A DNA stretch of 64,000 nt. Origin: Eledone cirrhosa. Its lineage: Eukaryota. Positions 26,775-40,739 of the stretch are shown here, one piece after another. The position numbers and the translations under genes were made by a program. The notes beneath the pieces were generated by a model. The model was not told the DNA's origin. It was given only the letters and a program-made list of their open reading frames with translations, and ran no database searches. The stretch is from assembly GCA_964016885.1 (NCBI GenBank), contig OZ024745.1, positions 59,954,001-60,018,000 on the forward strand. The letters are read 5' to 3'. Within the stretch, counting starts at the first letter, position 1, and the number at the start of each line of letters is the position of its first letter.

Positions 26775-29700
26775 GACTTGGAGTGAAAACCTCGACTTGG
26801 AGTGAGAACCTCGACTTGGAGTGAGAACCTCGACTTGGAGTGAAAACCTCGACTTGGAGTGAGAACCTCGACTTGGAGTGAAAACCTCGACTTGGAGTGA
26901 AAACCTCGACTTGGAGTGAGAACCTCGACTTGGAGTGAAAATCTCGACTTGGAGTGAGAACCTCGACTTGGAGTGAAAACTTCGACTTGGAGTGAAAACC
27001 TCGACTTGGAGTGAGAACCTCGACTTGGAGTGAGAACCTCGATTTGGAGTGAAAACCTCGACTTGGAGTGAGAACCTCGACTTGGAGTGAGAACCTCGAC
27101 TTGGAGTGAGAACCTCGACTTGGAGTGAAAACCTCGACTTGGATTGAGAACCTCGACTTGGAGTAAAAACCTCGACTTGGAGTGAGAACCTCGACTTGGA
27201 GTGAGAACCTCGACTTGGAGTGAGAACCTCGACTTGAAGTGAGAACCTCGACTTGGAGTGAGAACCTCGACTTGGAGTGAAAACCTCGACTTGGAGTGAA
27301 AACTTCGACTTGGAGTGAGAACTTCGACTTGGAGTGAGAACCTCGACTTGGAGTGAGAACCTCGACTTGGAGTGATAACCTCGACTTGGAGTGAGAACCT
27401 CGACTTGGAGTGAGAACCTCGACTTGGAGTGAAAACCTCGACTTGGAGTGAGAACCTCGACTTGGAGTGAAAACCTCGACTTGGAGTGAGAACCTCGACT
27501 TGGAGTGAAAACCTCGACTTGGAGTGAGAACCTCGACTTGGAGTGAAAACCTCGACTTGGAGTGAGAACCTCGACTTGGAGTGAGAACCTCGACTTTGAG
27601 TGAAAACCTCGACTTGGAGAGAGAACCTCGACTTGGAGTGAAAACCTCGACTTTGAGTGAAAACCTCGACTTGGAGTGAGAACCTCGACTTTGAGTGAGA
27701 ACCTCGACTTGGAGTGAGAACCTCGACTTGGAGTGAGAACCTCGACTTGGAGTGAGAACCTCGACTTGGAGTGAGAACCTCGACTTGGAGTGAGAACCTC
27801 GACTTGGAGTGAGAACCTCGACTTGGAGTGAAAACCTCGACTTGGAGTGAGAACCTCGACTTGGAGTGAAAACCTCGACTTGGAGTGAGAACCTCGACTT
27901 GGAGTGAAAACCTCGACTTGGAGTGAGAACCTCGACTTGGAGTGAAAACCTCGACTTGGAGTGAGAACCTCGACTTGGAGTGAAAACCTCGACTTGGAGT
28001 GAGAACCTCGACTTGGAGTGAAAACCTCGACTTGGAGTGAGAACCTCGACTTGGAGTGAGAACCTCGACTTGGAGTGAAAACCTCGACTTGGAGAGAGAA
28101 CCTCGACTTGGAGAGAGAACCTCGACTTGGAGTGAAAACCTCGACTTTGAGTGAAAACCTCGACTTGGAGTGAAAACCTCGACTTGGAGTGAGAACCTCG
28201 ACTTGGAGTGGAAACCTCGACTTGGAGTGGAAACCTCGACTTGGAGTGAAAACCTCGACTTGGAGTGAGAACCTCGACTTGGAGTGAGAACCTCGACTTG
28301 GAGTGAGAACCTCGACTTGGAGTGAGAACCTCGACTTGGAGTGAAAACCTCGACTTGGAGTGAAAACCTCGACTTGGAGTGAAAACCTCGACTTGGAGTG
28401 AGAACCTCGACTTGGAGTGAGAACCTCGACTTGGAGTGACAACCTCGACTTGGAGTGGAAACCTCGACTTGGAGTGAAAACCTCGACTTGGAGTGAATAC
28501 CTCGACTTGGAATGAGAACCTCGACTTGGAGTGAGAACCTCGACTTGGAGTGAAAACCTCGACTTGGAGTGAGAACCTTGACTTGGAGTGAGAACCTCGA
28601 CTTGGAGTGAAAACCTCGACTTGGAGTGAGAACCTCGACTTGGAGTGAGAACCTCGACTTGGAGTGAGAACCTCGACGTGGAGTGAGAACCTCGACTTGG
28701 AGTGAGAACCTCGACTTGGAGTGAAAACCTCGACTTGGAGTGAGAACCTCGACTTGGAGTGAAAACCTCGACTTGGTGTGAGAACCTCGACTTGGAGTGA
28801 GAACCTCGACTTGGAGTGAAAACCTCGACTTGGAGTGAAAACCTCGACTTGGAGTGAAAACCTCGACTTGGAGTGAAAACCTCGACTTGGAGTGAGAACC
28901 TCGACTTGGAGTGAGAACCTCGACTTGGAGTGAGAACCTCGACTTGGAGTGAGAACCTCGACTTGCAGTGAAAACCTCGACTTGGAGTGAGAACCTCGAC
29001 TTGCAGTGAAAACCTCGACTTGGAGTGAGAACCTCGACTTGCAGTGAAAACCTCGACTTGGAGTGAGAACCTCGACTTGCAGTGAAAACCTCGACTTGGA
29101 GTGAGAACCTCGACTTGGAGTGAAAACCTCGACTTGCAGTGAAAACCTCGACTTGGAGTGAGAACCTCGACTTGGAGTGAAAACCTCGACTTGGAGTGAA
29201 AACCTCGACTTGGAATGAAAACCTCGACTTGGAGTGAGAACCTCGACTTGGAGTGAGAACCTCGACTTGGAGTGAGAACCTCGACTTGGAGTGAGAACCT
29301 CGACTTGGAGTGAGAACCTCGACTTGGAGTGTAAACTGCGACTCTGAGTGAAAACCTCGACTTGGAGTGAGAACCTCGACTTGGAGTGAAAACCTCGACT
29401 TGGAGTCAGAACCTCGACTTGGAGTGAGAACCTCGACTTGGAGTGAAAACCTCGACTTGGAGTGAAAACCTCGACTTGGAGTGAAAACCTCGACTTGGAG
29501 TGAAAACCTCGACTTGGAGTGAGAACCTCGACTTGGAGTGAAAACCTCGACTTGGAGTGAGAACCTCGACTTGGAGTGAGAACCTCGACTTGGAGTGTAA
29601 ACTGCGACTCTGAGTGAAAACCTCGACTTGGAGTGAGAACCTCGACTTGGAGTGAAAACCTCGACTTGGAGTGAGAACCTCGACTTGGAGTCAGAACCTC

Positions 29701-29966
29701 GACTTGGAGTCAGAACCTCGACTTGGAGTCAGAACCTCGACTTGGAGTCAGAACCTCGACTTGGAGTCAGAACCTCGACTTGGAGTGGAAACCTCGACTT
29801 GGAGTGAAAACCTCGACTTGGAGTGAGAACCTCGACTTGGAGTGAGAACCTCGACTTGGAGTGAAAACCTCGACTTGGAGTGAGAACCTCTACTTGGAGT
29901 GAAAACCTCGACTTGGAGTGTAAACTGCGACTTGGAGTGAGAACCTCGACTTGGAGTGAAAACCTC

Positions 29967-30422
29967 GACTTGGAGTGTAAACTGCGACTTGGAGTGTAAA
30001 CTGCGACTTGGAGTGTAATGTACAACTTGGAGCATAATGTACAACTTGGAGCATAATGTACGACTTGGAGCATAATGTACGACTTAGAGTGTAATGTAGG
30101 ACTTAGAGTGTAATGTAGGACTTAGAGTGTAATGTAGGACTTAGAGTGTAATGTAGGACTTAGAGTGTAATGTAGGACTAGGAGCATAATGTAGGACTAG
30201 GAGCATAATGTACGACTTGGAGTGTAATGTAGGACTTGGAGTGTAATGTAGGACTTGGAGTGTAAACTGCGAGTTGAAATATAAATTGCGACTTGGATTG
30301 TAAACCTTGACTTGCAGTGTATTGAACAACTTGGGGTGTATACTGCGGCTTGGAGTGTAAACTGCGGCTCCGAATATAAACTACGACTTGCAGTGTCATA
30401 TATGACTCTGAGTGAAAACCTC
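29967..30422 (+). repeat. Island 9
   Basis: Same block; spacing 192 monomers. Confidence 0.96.
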
Positions 30423-31847
30423 GACTTGGAGTGAAAACCTCGACTTGGAGTGAGAACCTCGACTTGGAGTGAGAACCTCGACTTGGAGTGAGAACCTCGA
30501 CTTGGAGTGAAAACCTCGACTTGGAGTGAGAACCTCGACTTGGAGTGAGAACCTCGACGTGGAGTGAGAACCTCGACTTGGAGTGAGAACCTCGACTTGG
30601 AGTGAAAACCTCGACTTGGAGTGAGAACCTCGACTTGGAGTGAAAACCTCGACTTGGTGTGAGAACCTCGACTTGGAGTGAGAACCTCGACTTGGAGTGA
30701 AAACCTCGACTTGGAGTGAAAACCTCGACTTGGAGTGAAAACCTCGACTTGGAGTGAAAACCTCGACTTGGAGTGAGAACCTCGACTTGGAGTGAGAACC
30801 TCGACTTGGAGTGAGAACCTCGACTTGGAGTGAGAACCTCGACTTGCAGTGAAAACCTCGACTTGGAGTGAGAACCTCGACTTGCAGTGAAAACCTCGAC
30901 TTGGAGTGAGAACCTCGACTTGCAGTGAAAACCTCGACTTGGAGTGAGAACCTCGACTTGGAGTGAAAACCTCGACTTGCAGTGAAAACCTCGACTTGGA
31001 GTGAGAACCTCGACTTGGAGTGAAAACCTCGACTTGGAGTGAAAACCTCGACTTGGAATGAAAACCTCGACTTGGAGTGAGAACCTCGACTTGGAGTGAG
31101 AACCTCGACTTGGAGTGAGAACCTCGACTTGGAGTGAGAACCTCGACTTGGAGTGAGAACCTCGACTTGGAGTGTAAACTGCGACTCTGAGTGAAAACCT
31201 CGACTTGGAGTGAGAACCTCGACTTGGAGTGAAAACCTCGACTTGGAGTGAGAACCTCGACTTGGAGTGAGAACCTCGACTTGGAGTGAAAACCTCGACT
31301 TGGAGTGAAAACCTCGACTTGGAGTGAAAACCTCGACTTGGAGTGAGAACCTCGACTTGGAGTGAAAACCTCGACTTGGAGTGAAAACCTCGACTTGGAG
31401 TGAGAACCTCGACTTGGAGTGAAAACCTCGACTTGGAGTGAGAACCTCGACTTGGAGTGAGAACCTCGACTTGGAGTGTAAACTGCGACTCTGAGTGAAA
31501 ACCTCGACTTGGAGTGAGAACCTCGACTTGGAGTGAAAACCTCGACTTGGAGTGAGAACCTCGACTTGGAGTCAGAACCTCGACTTGGAGTCAGAACCTC
31601 GACTTGGAGTCAGAACCTCGACTTGGAGTCAGAACCTCGACTTGGAGTCAGAACCTCGACTTGGAGTGGAAACCTCGACTTGGAGTGAAAACCTCGACTT
31701 GGAGTGAGAACCTCGACTTGGAGTGAGAACCTCGACTTGGAGTGAAAACCTCGACTTGGAGTGAGAACCTCTACTTGGAGTGAAAACCTCGACTTGGAGT
31801 GTAAACTGCGACTTGGAGTGAGAACCTCGACTTGGAGTGAAAACCTC

Positions 31848-32303
31848 GACTTGGAGTGTAAACTGCGACTTGGAGTGTAAACTGCGACTTGGAGTGTAAT
31901 GTACAACTTGGAGCATAATGTACAACTTGGAGCATAATGTACGACTTGGAGCATAATGTACGACTTAGAGTGTAATGTAGGACTTAGAGTGTAATGTAGG
32001 ACTTAGAGTGTAATGTAGGACTTAGAGTGTAATGTAGGACTTAGAGTGTAATGTAGGACTAGGAGCATAATGTAGGACTAGGAGCATAATGTACGACTTG
32101 GAGTGTAATGTAGGACTTGGAGTGTAATGTAGGACTTGGAGTGTAAACTGCGAGTTGAAATATAAATTGCGACTTGGATTGTAAACCTTGACTTGCAGTG
32201 TATTGAACAACTTGGGGTGTATACTGCGGCTTGGAGTGTAAACTGCGGCTCCGAATATAAACTACGACTTGCAGTGTCATATATGACTCTGAGTGAAAAC
32301 CTC
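31848..32303 (+). repeat. Island 10
   Basis: Same block; spacing 99 monomers. Confidence 0.96.
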
Positions 32304-33196
32304 GGCTTGGAGTGAAAACCTCGACTTGGAGTGAGAACCTCGACTTGGAGTGAGAACCTCGACTTGGAGTGAGAACCTCGACTTGGAGTGAAAACCTCGA
32401 CTTGGAGTGAGAACCTCGACTTGGAGTGAGAACCTCGACTTGGAGTGAGAACCTCGACTTGGAGTGAAAACCTCGACTTGGAGTGAGAACCTCGACTTGG
32501 AGTGAAAACCTCGACTTGGAGTGAAAACCTCGACTTGGAGTGAAAACCTCGACTTGGAGTGAAAACCTCGACTTGGAGTGAGAACCTCGACTTGGAGTGA
32601 AAACCTCGACTTGGTGTGAGAACCTCGACTTGGAGTGAGAACCTCGACTTGGAGTGAGAAGGTCGACTTGGAGTGAGAACGTCGACTTGGAGTGAGAACC
32701 TCGACTTGGAGTGAAAACCTCGACTTGGAGTGAAAACCTCGACTTGGAGTGAGAACCTCGACTTGGAGTGAGAACCTCGACTTGGAGTGAAAACCTCGAC
32801 TTGGAGTGAGAACCTCGACTTGGAGTGAGAACCTCGACTTGGAGTGAAAACCTCGACTTGGAGTGAGAACCTCGACTTGGAGTGAGAACCTCGACTTGGA
32901 GTGAAAACCTCGACTTGGAGTGAAAACTTCGACTTGGAGTGAGAACCTCGACTTGGAGTGAGAACCTCGACTTGGAGTGAGAACCTCGACTTGGAGTGAA
33001 AACCTCGACTTGGTGCGAGAACCTCGACTTGGAGTTAAAACCTCGACTTGGAGTGAGAACCTCGACTTTGAGTGAGAACCTCGACTTGGAGTGAAAACCT
33101 CGACTTGGAGTGAGAACCTCTACTTGGAGTGAAAACCTCGACTTGGAGTGTAAACTGCGACTTGGAGTGAGAACCTCGACTTGGAGTGAAAACCTC

Positions 33197-33652
33197 GACT
33201 TGGAGTGTAAACTGCGACTTGGAGTGTAAACTGCGACTTGGAGTGTAATGTACAACTTGGAGCATAATGTACAACTTGGAGCATAATGTACGACTTGGAG
33301 CATAATGTACGACTTAGAGTGTAATGTAGGACTTAGAGTGTAATGTAGGACTTAGAGTGTAATGTAGGACTTAGAGTGTAATGTAGGACTTAGAGTGTAA
33401 TGTAGGACTAGGAGCATAATGTAGGACTAGGAGCATAATGTACGACTTGGAGTGTAATGTAGGACTTGGAGTGTAATGTAGGACTTGGAGTGTAAACTGC
33501 GAGTTGAAATATAAATTGCGACTTGGATTGTAAACCTTGACTTGCAGTGTATTGAACAACTTGGGGTGTATACTGCGGCTTGGAGTGTAAACTGCGGCTC
33601 CGAATATAAACTACGACTTGCAGTGTCATATATGACTCTGAGTGAAAACCTC
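33197..33652 (+). repeat. Island 11
   Basis: Same block; spacing 71 monomers. Confidence 0.96.
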
Positions 33653-36600
33653 GACTTGGAGTGAAAACCTCGACTTGGAGTGAGAACCTCGACTTGGAGT
33701 GAGAACCTCGACTTGGAGTGAAAACCTCGACTTGGAGTGAGAACCTCGACTTGGAGTGAAAACCTCGACTTGGAGTGAAAACCTCGACTTGGAGTGAGAA
33801 CCTCGACTTGGAGTGAAAACCTCGACTTGGAGTGAGAACCTCGACTTGGAGTGAAAACCTCGACTTGGAGTGAAAACCTCGACTTGGAGTGAGAACCTCG
33901 ACTTGGAGTGAGAACCTCGACTTGGAGTGAAAACCTCGACTTGGAGTGAGAACCTCGACTTGGAGTGAGAACCTCGACTTGGAGTGAGAACCTCGACTTG
34001 GAGTGAAAACCTCGACTTGGAGTGAAAACCTCGACTTGGATTGAGAACCTCGACTTGGAGTGAAAACCTCGACTTGGAGTGAGAACCTCGACTTGGAGTG
34101 AGAACCTCGACTTGGAGTGAGAACCTCGACTTGGAGTGAGAACCTCGACTTGAAGTGAGAACCTCGACTTGGAGTGAGAACCTCGACTTGGAGTGAAAAC
34201 CTCGACTTGGAGTGAAAACTTCGACTTGGAGTGAGAACCTCGACTTGGAGTGAGAACCTCGACTTGGAGTGAGAACCTCGACTTGGAGTGAGAACCTCGA
34301 CTTGGAGTGATAACCTCGACTTGGAGTGAGAACCTCGACTTGGAGTGAGAACCTCGACTTGGAGTGAAAACCTCGACTTGGAGTGAGAACCTCGACTTGG
34401 AGTGAAAACCTCGACTTGGAGTGAGAACCTCGACTTGGAGTGAAAACCTCGACTTGGAGTGAGAACCTCGACTTGGAGTGAAAACCTCGACTTGGAGTGA
34501 GAACCTCGACTTGGAGTGAGAACCTCGACTTTGAGTGAAAACCTCGACTTGGAGAGAGAACCTCGACTTGGAGTGAAAACCTCGACTTTGAGTGAAAACC
34601 TCGACTTGGAGTGAGAACCTCGACTTGGAGTGAGAACCTCGACTTGGAGTGAGAACCTCGACTTGGAGTGAGAACCTCGACTTGAAGTGAGAACCTCGAC
34701 TTGGAGTGAGAACCTCGACTTGGAGTGAAAACCTCGACTTGGAGTGAAAACTTCGACTTGGAGTGAGAACCTCGACTTGGAGTGAGAACCTCGACTTGGA
34801 GTGAGAACCTCGACTTGGAGTGAGAACCTCGACTTGGAGTGATAACCTCGACTTGGAGTGAGAACCTCGACTTGGAGTGAGAACCTCGACTTGGAGTGAA
34901 AACCTCGACTTGGAGTGAGAACCTCGACTTGGAGTGAAAACCTCGACTTGGAGTGAAAACCTCGACTTGGAGTGAGAACCTCGACTTGGAGTGAAAACCT
35001 CGACTTGGAGTGAGAACCTCGACTTGGAGTGAAAACCTCGACTTGGAGTGAAAACCTCGACTTGGAGTGAGAACCTCGACTTGGAGTGAGAACCTCGACT
35101 TGGAGTGAAAACCTCGACTTGGAGTGAGAACCTCGACTTGGAGTGAGAACCTCGACTTGGAGTGAGAACCTCGACTTGGAGTGAAAACCTCGACTTGGAG
35201 TGAAAACCTCGACTTGGATTGAGAACCTCGACTTGGAGTGAAAACCTCGACTTGGAGTGAGAACCTCGACTTGGAGTGAGAACCTCGACTTGGAGTGAGA
35301 ACCTCGACTTGGAGTGAGAACCTCGACTTGAAGTGAGAACCTCGACTTGGAGTGAGAACCTCGACTTGGAGTGAAAACCTCGACTTGGAGTGAAAACTTC
35401 GACTTGGAGTGAGAACCTCGACTTGGAGTGAGAACCTCGACTTGGAGTGAGAACCTCGACTTGGAGTGAGAACCTCGACTTGGAGTGATAACCTCGACTT
35501 GGAGTGAGAACCTCGACTTGGAGTGAGAACCTCGACTTGGAGTGAAAACCTCGACTTGGAGTGAGAACCTCGACTTGGAGTGAAAACCTCGACTTGGAGT
35601 GAGAACCTCGACTTGGAGTGAAAACTTCGACTTGGAGTGAGAACCTCGACTTGGAGTGAGAACCTCGACTTGGAGTGAGAACCTCGACTTGGAGTGAGAA
35701 CCTCGACTTGGAGTGATAACCTCGACTTGGAGTGAGAACCTCGACTTGGAGTGAGAACCTCGACTTGGAGTGAAAACCTCGACTTGGAGTGAGAACCTCG
35801 ACTTGGAGTGAAAACCTCGACTTGGAGTGAAAACCTCGACTTGGAGTGAGAACCTCGACTTGGAGTGAAAACCTCGACTTGGAGTGAGAACCTCGACTTG
35901 GAGTGAAAACCTCGACTTGGAGTGAAAACCTCGACTTGGAGTGAGAACCTCGACTTGGAGTGAGAACCTCGACTTGGAGTGAAAACCTCGACTTGGAGTG
36001 AGAACCTCGACTTGGAGTGAGAACCTCGACTTGGAGTGAGAACCTCGACTTGGAGTGAAAACCTCGACTTGGAGTGAAAACCTCGACTTGGATTGAGAAC
36101 CTCGACTTGGAGTGAAAACCTCGACTTGGAGTGAGAACCTCGACTTGGAGTGAGAACCTCGACTTGGAGTGAGAACCTCGACTTGGAGTGAGAACCTCGA
36201 CTTGAAGTGAGAACCTCGACTTGGAGTGAGAACCTCGACTTGGAGTGAAAACCTCGACTTGGAGTGAAAACTTCGACTTGGAGTGAGAACCTCGACTTGG
36301 AGTGAGAACCTCGACTTGGAGTGAGAACCTCGACTTGGAGTGAGAACCTCGACTTGGAGTGATAACCTCGACTTGGAGTGAGAACCTCGACTTGGAGTGA
36401 GAACCTCGACTTGGAGTGAAAACCTCGACTTGGAGTGAGAACCTCGACTTGGAGTGAAAACCTCGACTTGGAGTGAGAACCTCGACTTGGAGTGAAAACC
36501 TCGACTTGGAGTGAGAACCTCGACTTGGAGTGAAAACCTCGACTTGGAGTGAGAACCTCGACTTGGAGTGAGAACCTCGACTTTGAGTGAAAACCTCGAC

Positions 36601-39010
36601 TTGGAGAGAGAACCTCGACTTGGAGTGAAAACCTCGACTTTGAGTGAAAACCTCGACTTGGAGTGAGAACCTCGACTTTGAGTGAGAACCTCGACTTGGA
36701 GTGAGAACCTCGACTTGGAGTGAGAACCTCGACTTGGAGTGAGAACCTCGACTTGGAGTGAGAACCTCGACTTGGAGTGAGAACCTCGACTTGGAGTGAG
36801 AACCTCGACTTGGAGTGAGAACCTCGACTTGGAGTGAGAACCTCGACTTGGAGTGAAAACCTCGACTTGGAGTGAGAACCTCGACTTGGAGTGAAAACCT
36901 CGACTTGGAGTGAGAACCTCGACTTGGAGTGAAAACCTCGACTTGGAGTGAGAACCTCGACTTGGAGTGAAAACCTCGACTTGGAGTGAGAACCTCGACT
37001 TGGAGTGAAAACCTCGACTTGGAGTGAGAACCTCGACTTGGAGTGAGAACCTCGACTTTGAGTGAAAACCTCGACTTGGAGAGAGAACCTCGACTTGGAG
37101 AGAGAACCTCGACTTGGAATGAAAACCTCGACTTTGAGTGAAAACCTCGACTTGGAGTGAAAACCTCGACTTGGAGTGAGAACCTCGACTTGGAGTGGAA
37201 ACCTCGACTTGGAGTGGAAACCTCGACTTGGAGTGAAAACCTCGACTTGGAGTGAGAACCTCGACTTGGAGTGATAACCTCGACTTGGAGTGAGAACCTC
37301 GACTTGGAGTGAGAACCTCGACTTGGAGTGAAAACCTCGACTTGGAGTGAAAACCTCGACTTGGAGTGAAAACCTCGACTTGGAGTGAGAACCTCGACTT
37401 GGAGTGAGAACCTCGACTTGGAGTGACAACCTCGACTTGGAGTGGAAACCTCGACTTGGAGTGAAAACCTCGACTTGGAGTGAAAACCTCGACTTGGAAT
37501 GAGAACCTCGACTTGGAGTGAGAACCTCGACTTGGAGTGAAAACCTCGACTTGGAGTGAGAACCTTGACTTGGAGTGAGAACCTCGACTTGGAGTGAAAA
37601 CCTCGACTTGGAGTGAGAACCTCGACTTGGCGTGAGAACCTCGACTTGGAGTGAGAACCTCGACGTGGAGTGAGAACCTCGACTTGGAGTGAGAACCTCG
37701 ACTTGGAGTGAAAACCTCGACTTGGAGTGAGAACCTCGACTTGGAGTGAAAACCTCGACTTGGTGTGAGAACCTCGACTTGGAGTGAGAACCTCGACTTG
37801 GAGTGAAAACCTCGACTTGGAGTGAAAACCTCGACTTGGAGTGAAAACCTCGACTTGGAGTGAAAACCTCGACTTGGAGTGAGAACCTCGACTTGCAGTG
37901 AAAACCTCGACTTGGAGTGAGAACCTCGACTTGGAGTGAGAACCTCGATTTGCAGTGAAAACCTCGACTTGGAGTGAGAACCTCGACTTGCAGTGAAAAC
38001 CTCGACTTGGAGTGAGAACCTCGACTTGCAGTGAAAACCTCGACTTGGATTGAGAACCTCGACTTGCAGTGAAAACCTCGACTTGGAGTGAGAACCTCGA
38101 CTTGGAGTGAAAACCTCGACTTGCAGTGAAAACCTCGACTTGGAGTGAGAACCTCGACTTGGAGTGAAAACCTCGACTTGGAGTGAAAACCTCGACTTGG
38201 AATGAAAACCTCGACTTGGAGTGAGAACCTCGACTTGGAGTGAGAACCTCGACTTGGAGTGAGAACCTCGACTTGGAGTGAGAACCTCGACTTGGAGTCA
38301 GAACCTCGACTTGGAGTGAGAACCTCGACTTGGAGTGTAAACTGCGACTCTGAGTGAAAACCTCGACTTGGAGTGAGAACCTCGACTTGAAGTGAAAACC
38401 TCGACTTGGAGTGAGAACCTCGACTTGGAGTGAGAACCTCGACTTGGAGTGAAAACCTCGACTTGGAGTGAAAACCTCGACTTGGAGTGAAAACCTCGAC
38501 TTGGAGTGAGAACCTCGACTTGGAGTGAAAACCTCGACTTGGAGTGAAAACCTCGACTTGGAGTGAGAACCTCGACTTGGAGTGAGAACCTCGACTTGGA
38601 GTGAGAACCTCGACTTGGAGTGAGAACCTCGACTTGGAGTGTAAACTGCGACTCTGAGTGAAAACCTCGACTTGGAGTGAGAACCTCGACTTGGAGTGAA
38701 AACCTCGACTTGGAGTGAGAACCTCGACTTGGAGTCAGAACCTCGACTTGGAGTCAGAACCTCGACTTGGAGTCAGAACCTCGACTTGGAGTCAGAACCT
38801 CGACTTGGAGTCAGAACCTCGACTTCGAGTGAAAACCTCGACTTGGAGTGAAAACCTCGACTTGGAGTGAGAACCTCGACTTGGAGTGAGAACCTCGACT
38901 TGGAGTGAAAACCTCGACTTGGAGTGAGAACCTCTACTTGGAGTGAAAACCTCGACTTGGAGTGTAAACTGCGACTTGGAGTGAGAACCTCGACTTGGAG
39001 TGAAAACCTC

Positions 39011-39428
39011 GACTTGGAGTGTAAACTGCGACTTGGAGTGTAAACTGCGACTTGGAGTGTAATGTACAACTTGGAGCATAATGTACAACTTGGAGCATAA
39101 TGTACGACTTGGAGCATAATGTACGACTTAGAGTGTAATGTAGGACTTAGAGTGTAATGTAGGACTTAGAGTGTAATGTAGGACTAGGAGCATAATGTAG
39201 GACTAGGAGCATAATGTACGACTTGGAGAGTAATGTAGGACTTGGAGTGTAATGTAGGACTTGGAGTGTAAACTGCGAGTTGAAATATAAATTGCGACTT
39301 GGATTGTAAACCTTGACTTGCAGTGTATTGAACAACTTGGGGTGTATACTGCGGCTTGGAGTGTAAACTGCGGCTCCGAATATAAACTACGACTTGCAGT
39401 GTCATATATGACTCTGAGTGAACACTTC
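39011..39428 (+). repeat. Island 12 (short haplotype: 3 TTAG monomers, GAGAGTAATG, exit GAACACTTCAAC)
   Basis: 22 monomers; spacing 304 monomers; diagnostic variants shared with island 16. Confidence 0.96.
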
Positions 39429-40283
39429 AACTTGGAGTGAAAACCTCGACTTGGAGTGAGAACCTCGACTTGGAGTGAGAACCTCGACTTGGAGTGAAAA
39501 CCTCGACTTGGAGTGAGAACCTCGACTTGGAGTGAAAACCTCGACTTGGAGTGAAAACCTCGACTTGGAGTGAGAACCTCGACTTGGAGTGAGAACCTCG
39601 ACTTGGAGTGAGAACCTCGACTTGGAGTGAAAACCTCGACTTGGAGTGAGAACCTCGACTTGGAGTGAGAACCTCGACTTGGAGTGAGAACCTCGACTTG
39701 GAGTGAAAACCTCGACTTGGAGTGAGAACCTCGACTTGGAGTGAAAACCTCGACTTGGAGTGAAAACCTCGACTTGGAGTGAAAACCTCGACTTGGAGTG
39801 AAAACCTCGACTTGGAGTGAGAACCTCGACTTGGAGTGAAAACCTCGACTTGGAGTGAGAACCTCGACTTGGAGTGAGAACCTCGACTTGGAGTGAGAAC
39901 GTCGACTTGGAGTGAGAACGTCGACTTGGAGTGAGAACCTCGACTTGGAGTGAAAACCTCGACTTGGAGTGAAAACCTCGACTTGGAGTGAGAACCTCGA
40001 CTTGGAGTGAGAACCTCGACTTGGAGTGAAAACCTCGACTTGGAGTGAGAACCTCGACTTGGAGTGAGAACCTCGACTTGGAGTGAAAACCTCGACTTGG
40101 AGTGAAAACTTCGACTTGGAGTGAGAACCTCGACTTTGAGTGAGAACCTCGACTTGGAGTGAAAACCTCGACTTGGAGTGAGAACCTCTACTTGGAGTGA
40201 AAACCTCTACTTGGAGTGAAAACCTCGACTTGGAGTGTAAACTGCGACTTGGAGTGAGAACCTCGACTTGGAGTGAAAACCTC

Positions 40284-40739
40284 GACTTGGAGTGTAAACT
40301 GCGACTTGGAGTGTAAACTGCGACTTGGAGTGTAATGTACAACTTGGAGCATAATGTACAACTTGGAGCATAATGTACGACTTGGAGCATAATGTACGAC
40401 TTAGAGTGTAATGTAGGACTTAGAGTGTAATGTAGGACTTAGAGTGTAATGTAGGACTTAGAGTGTAATGTAGGACTTAGAGTGTAATGTAGGACTAGGA
40501 GCATAATGTAGGACTAGGAGCATAATGTACGACTTGGAGTGTAATGTAGGACTTGGAGTGTAATGTAGGACTTGGAGTGTAAACTGCGAGTTGAAATATA
40601 AATTGCGACTTGGATTGTAAACCTTGACTTGCAGTGTATTGAACAACTTGGGGTGTATACTGCGGCTTGGAGTGTAAACTGCGGCTCCGAATATAAACTA
40701 CGACTTGCAGTGTCATATCTGACTCTGAGTGAAAACCTC
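40284..40739 (+). repeat. Island 13 (GTCATATCT haplotype)
   Basis: Spacing 69 monomers; core variant shared with island 17. Confidence 0.96.

Larger units (their letters stand above)
28600..32303 (+). repeat. Tandem duplication of about 1881 bp (99 monomers) containing islands 9 and 10; boundaries approximate
   Basis: GACGTGG at 28675 and 30556, GGTGTG near 28775 and 30656, and a GTGGAAAC monomer directly after the TCAG run in both copies, all at offset 1881. Confidence 0.85.
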
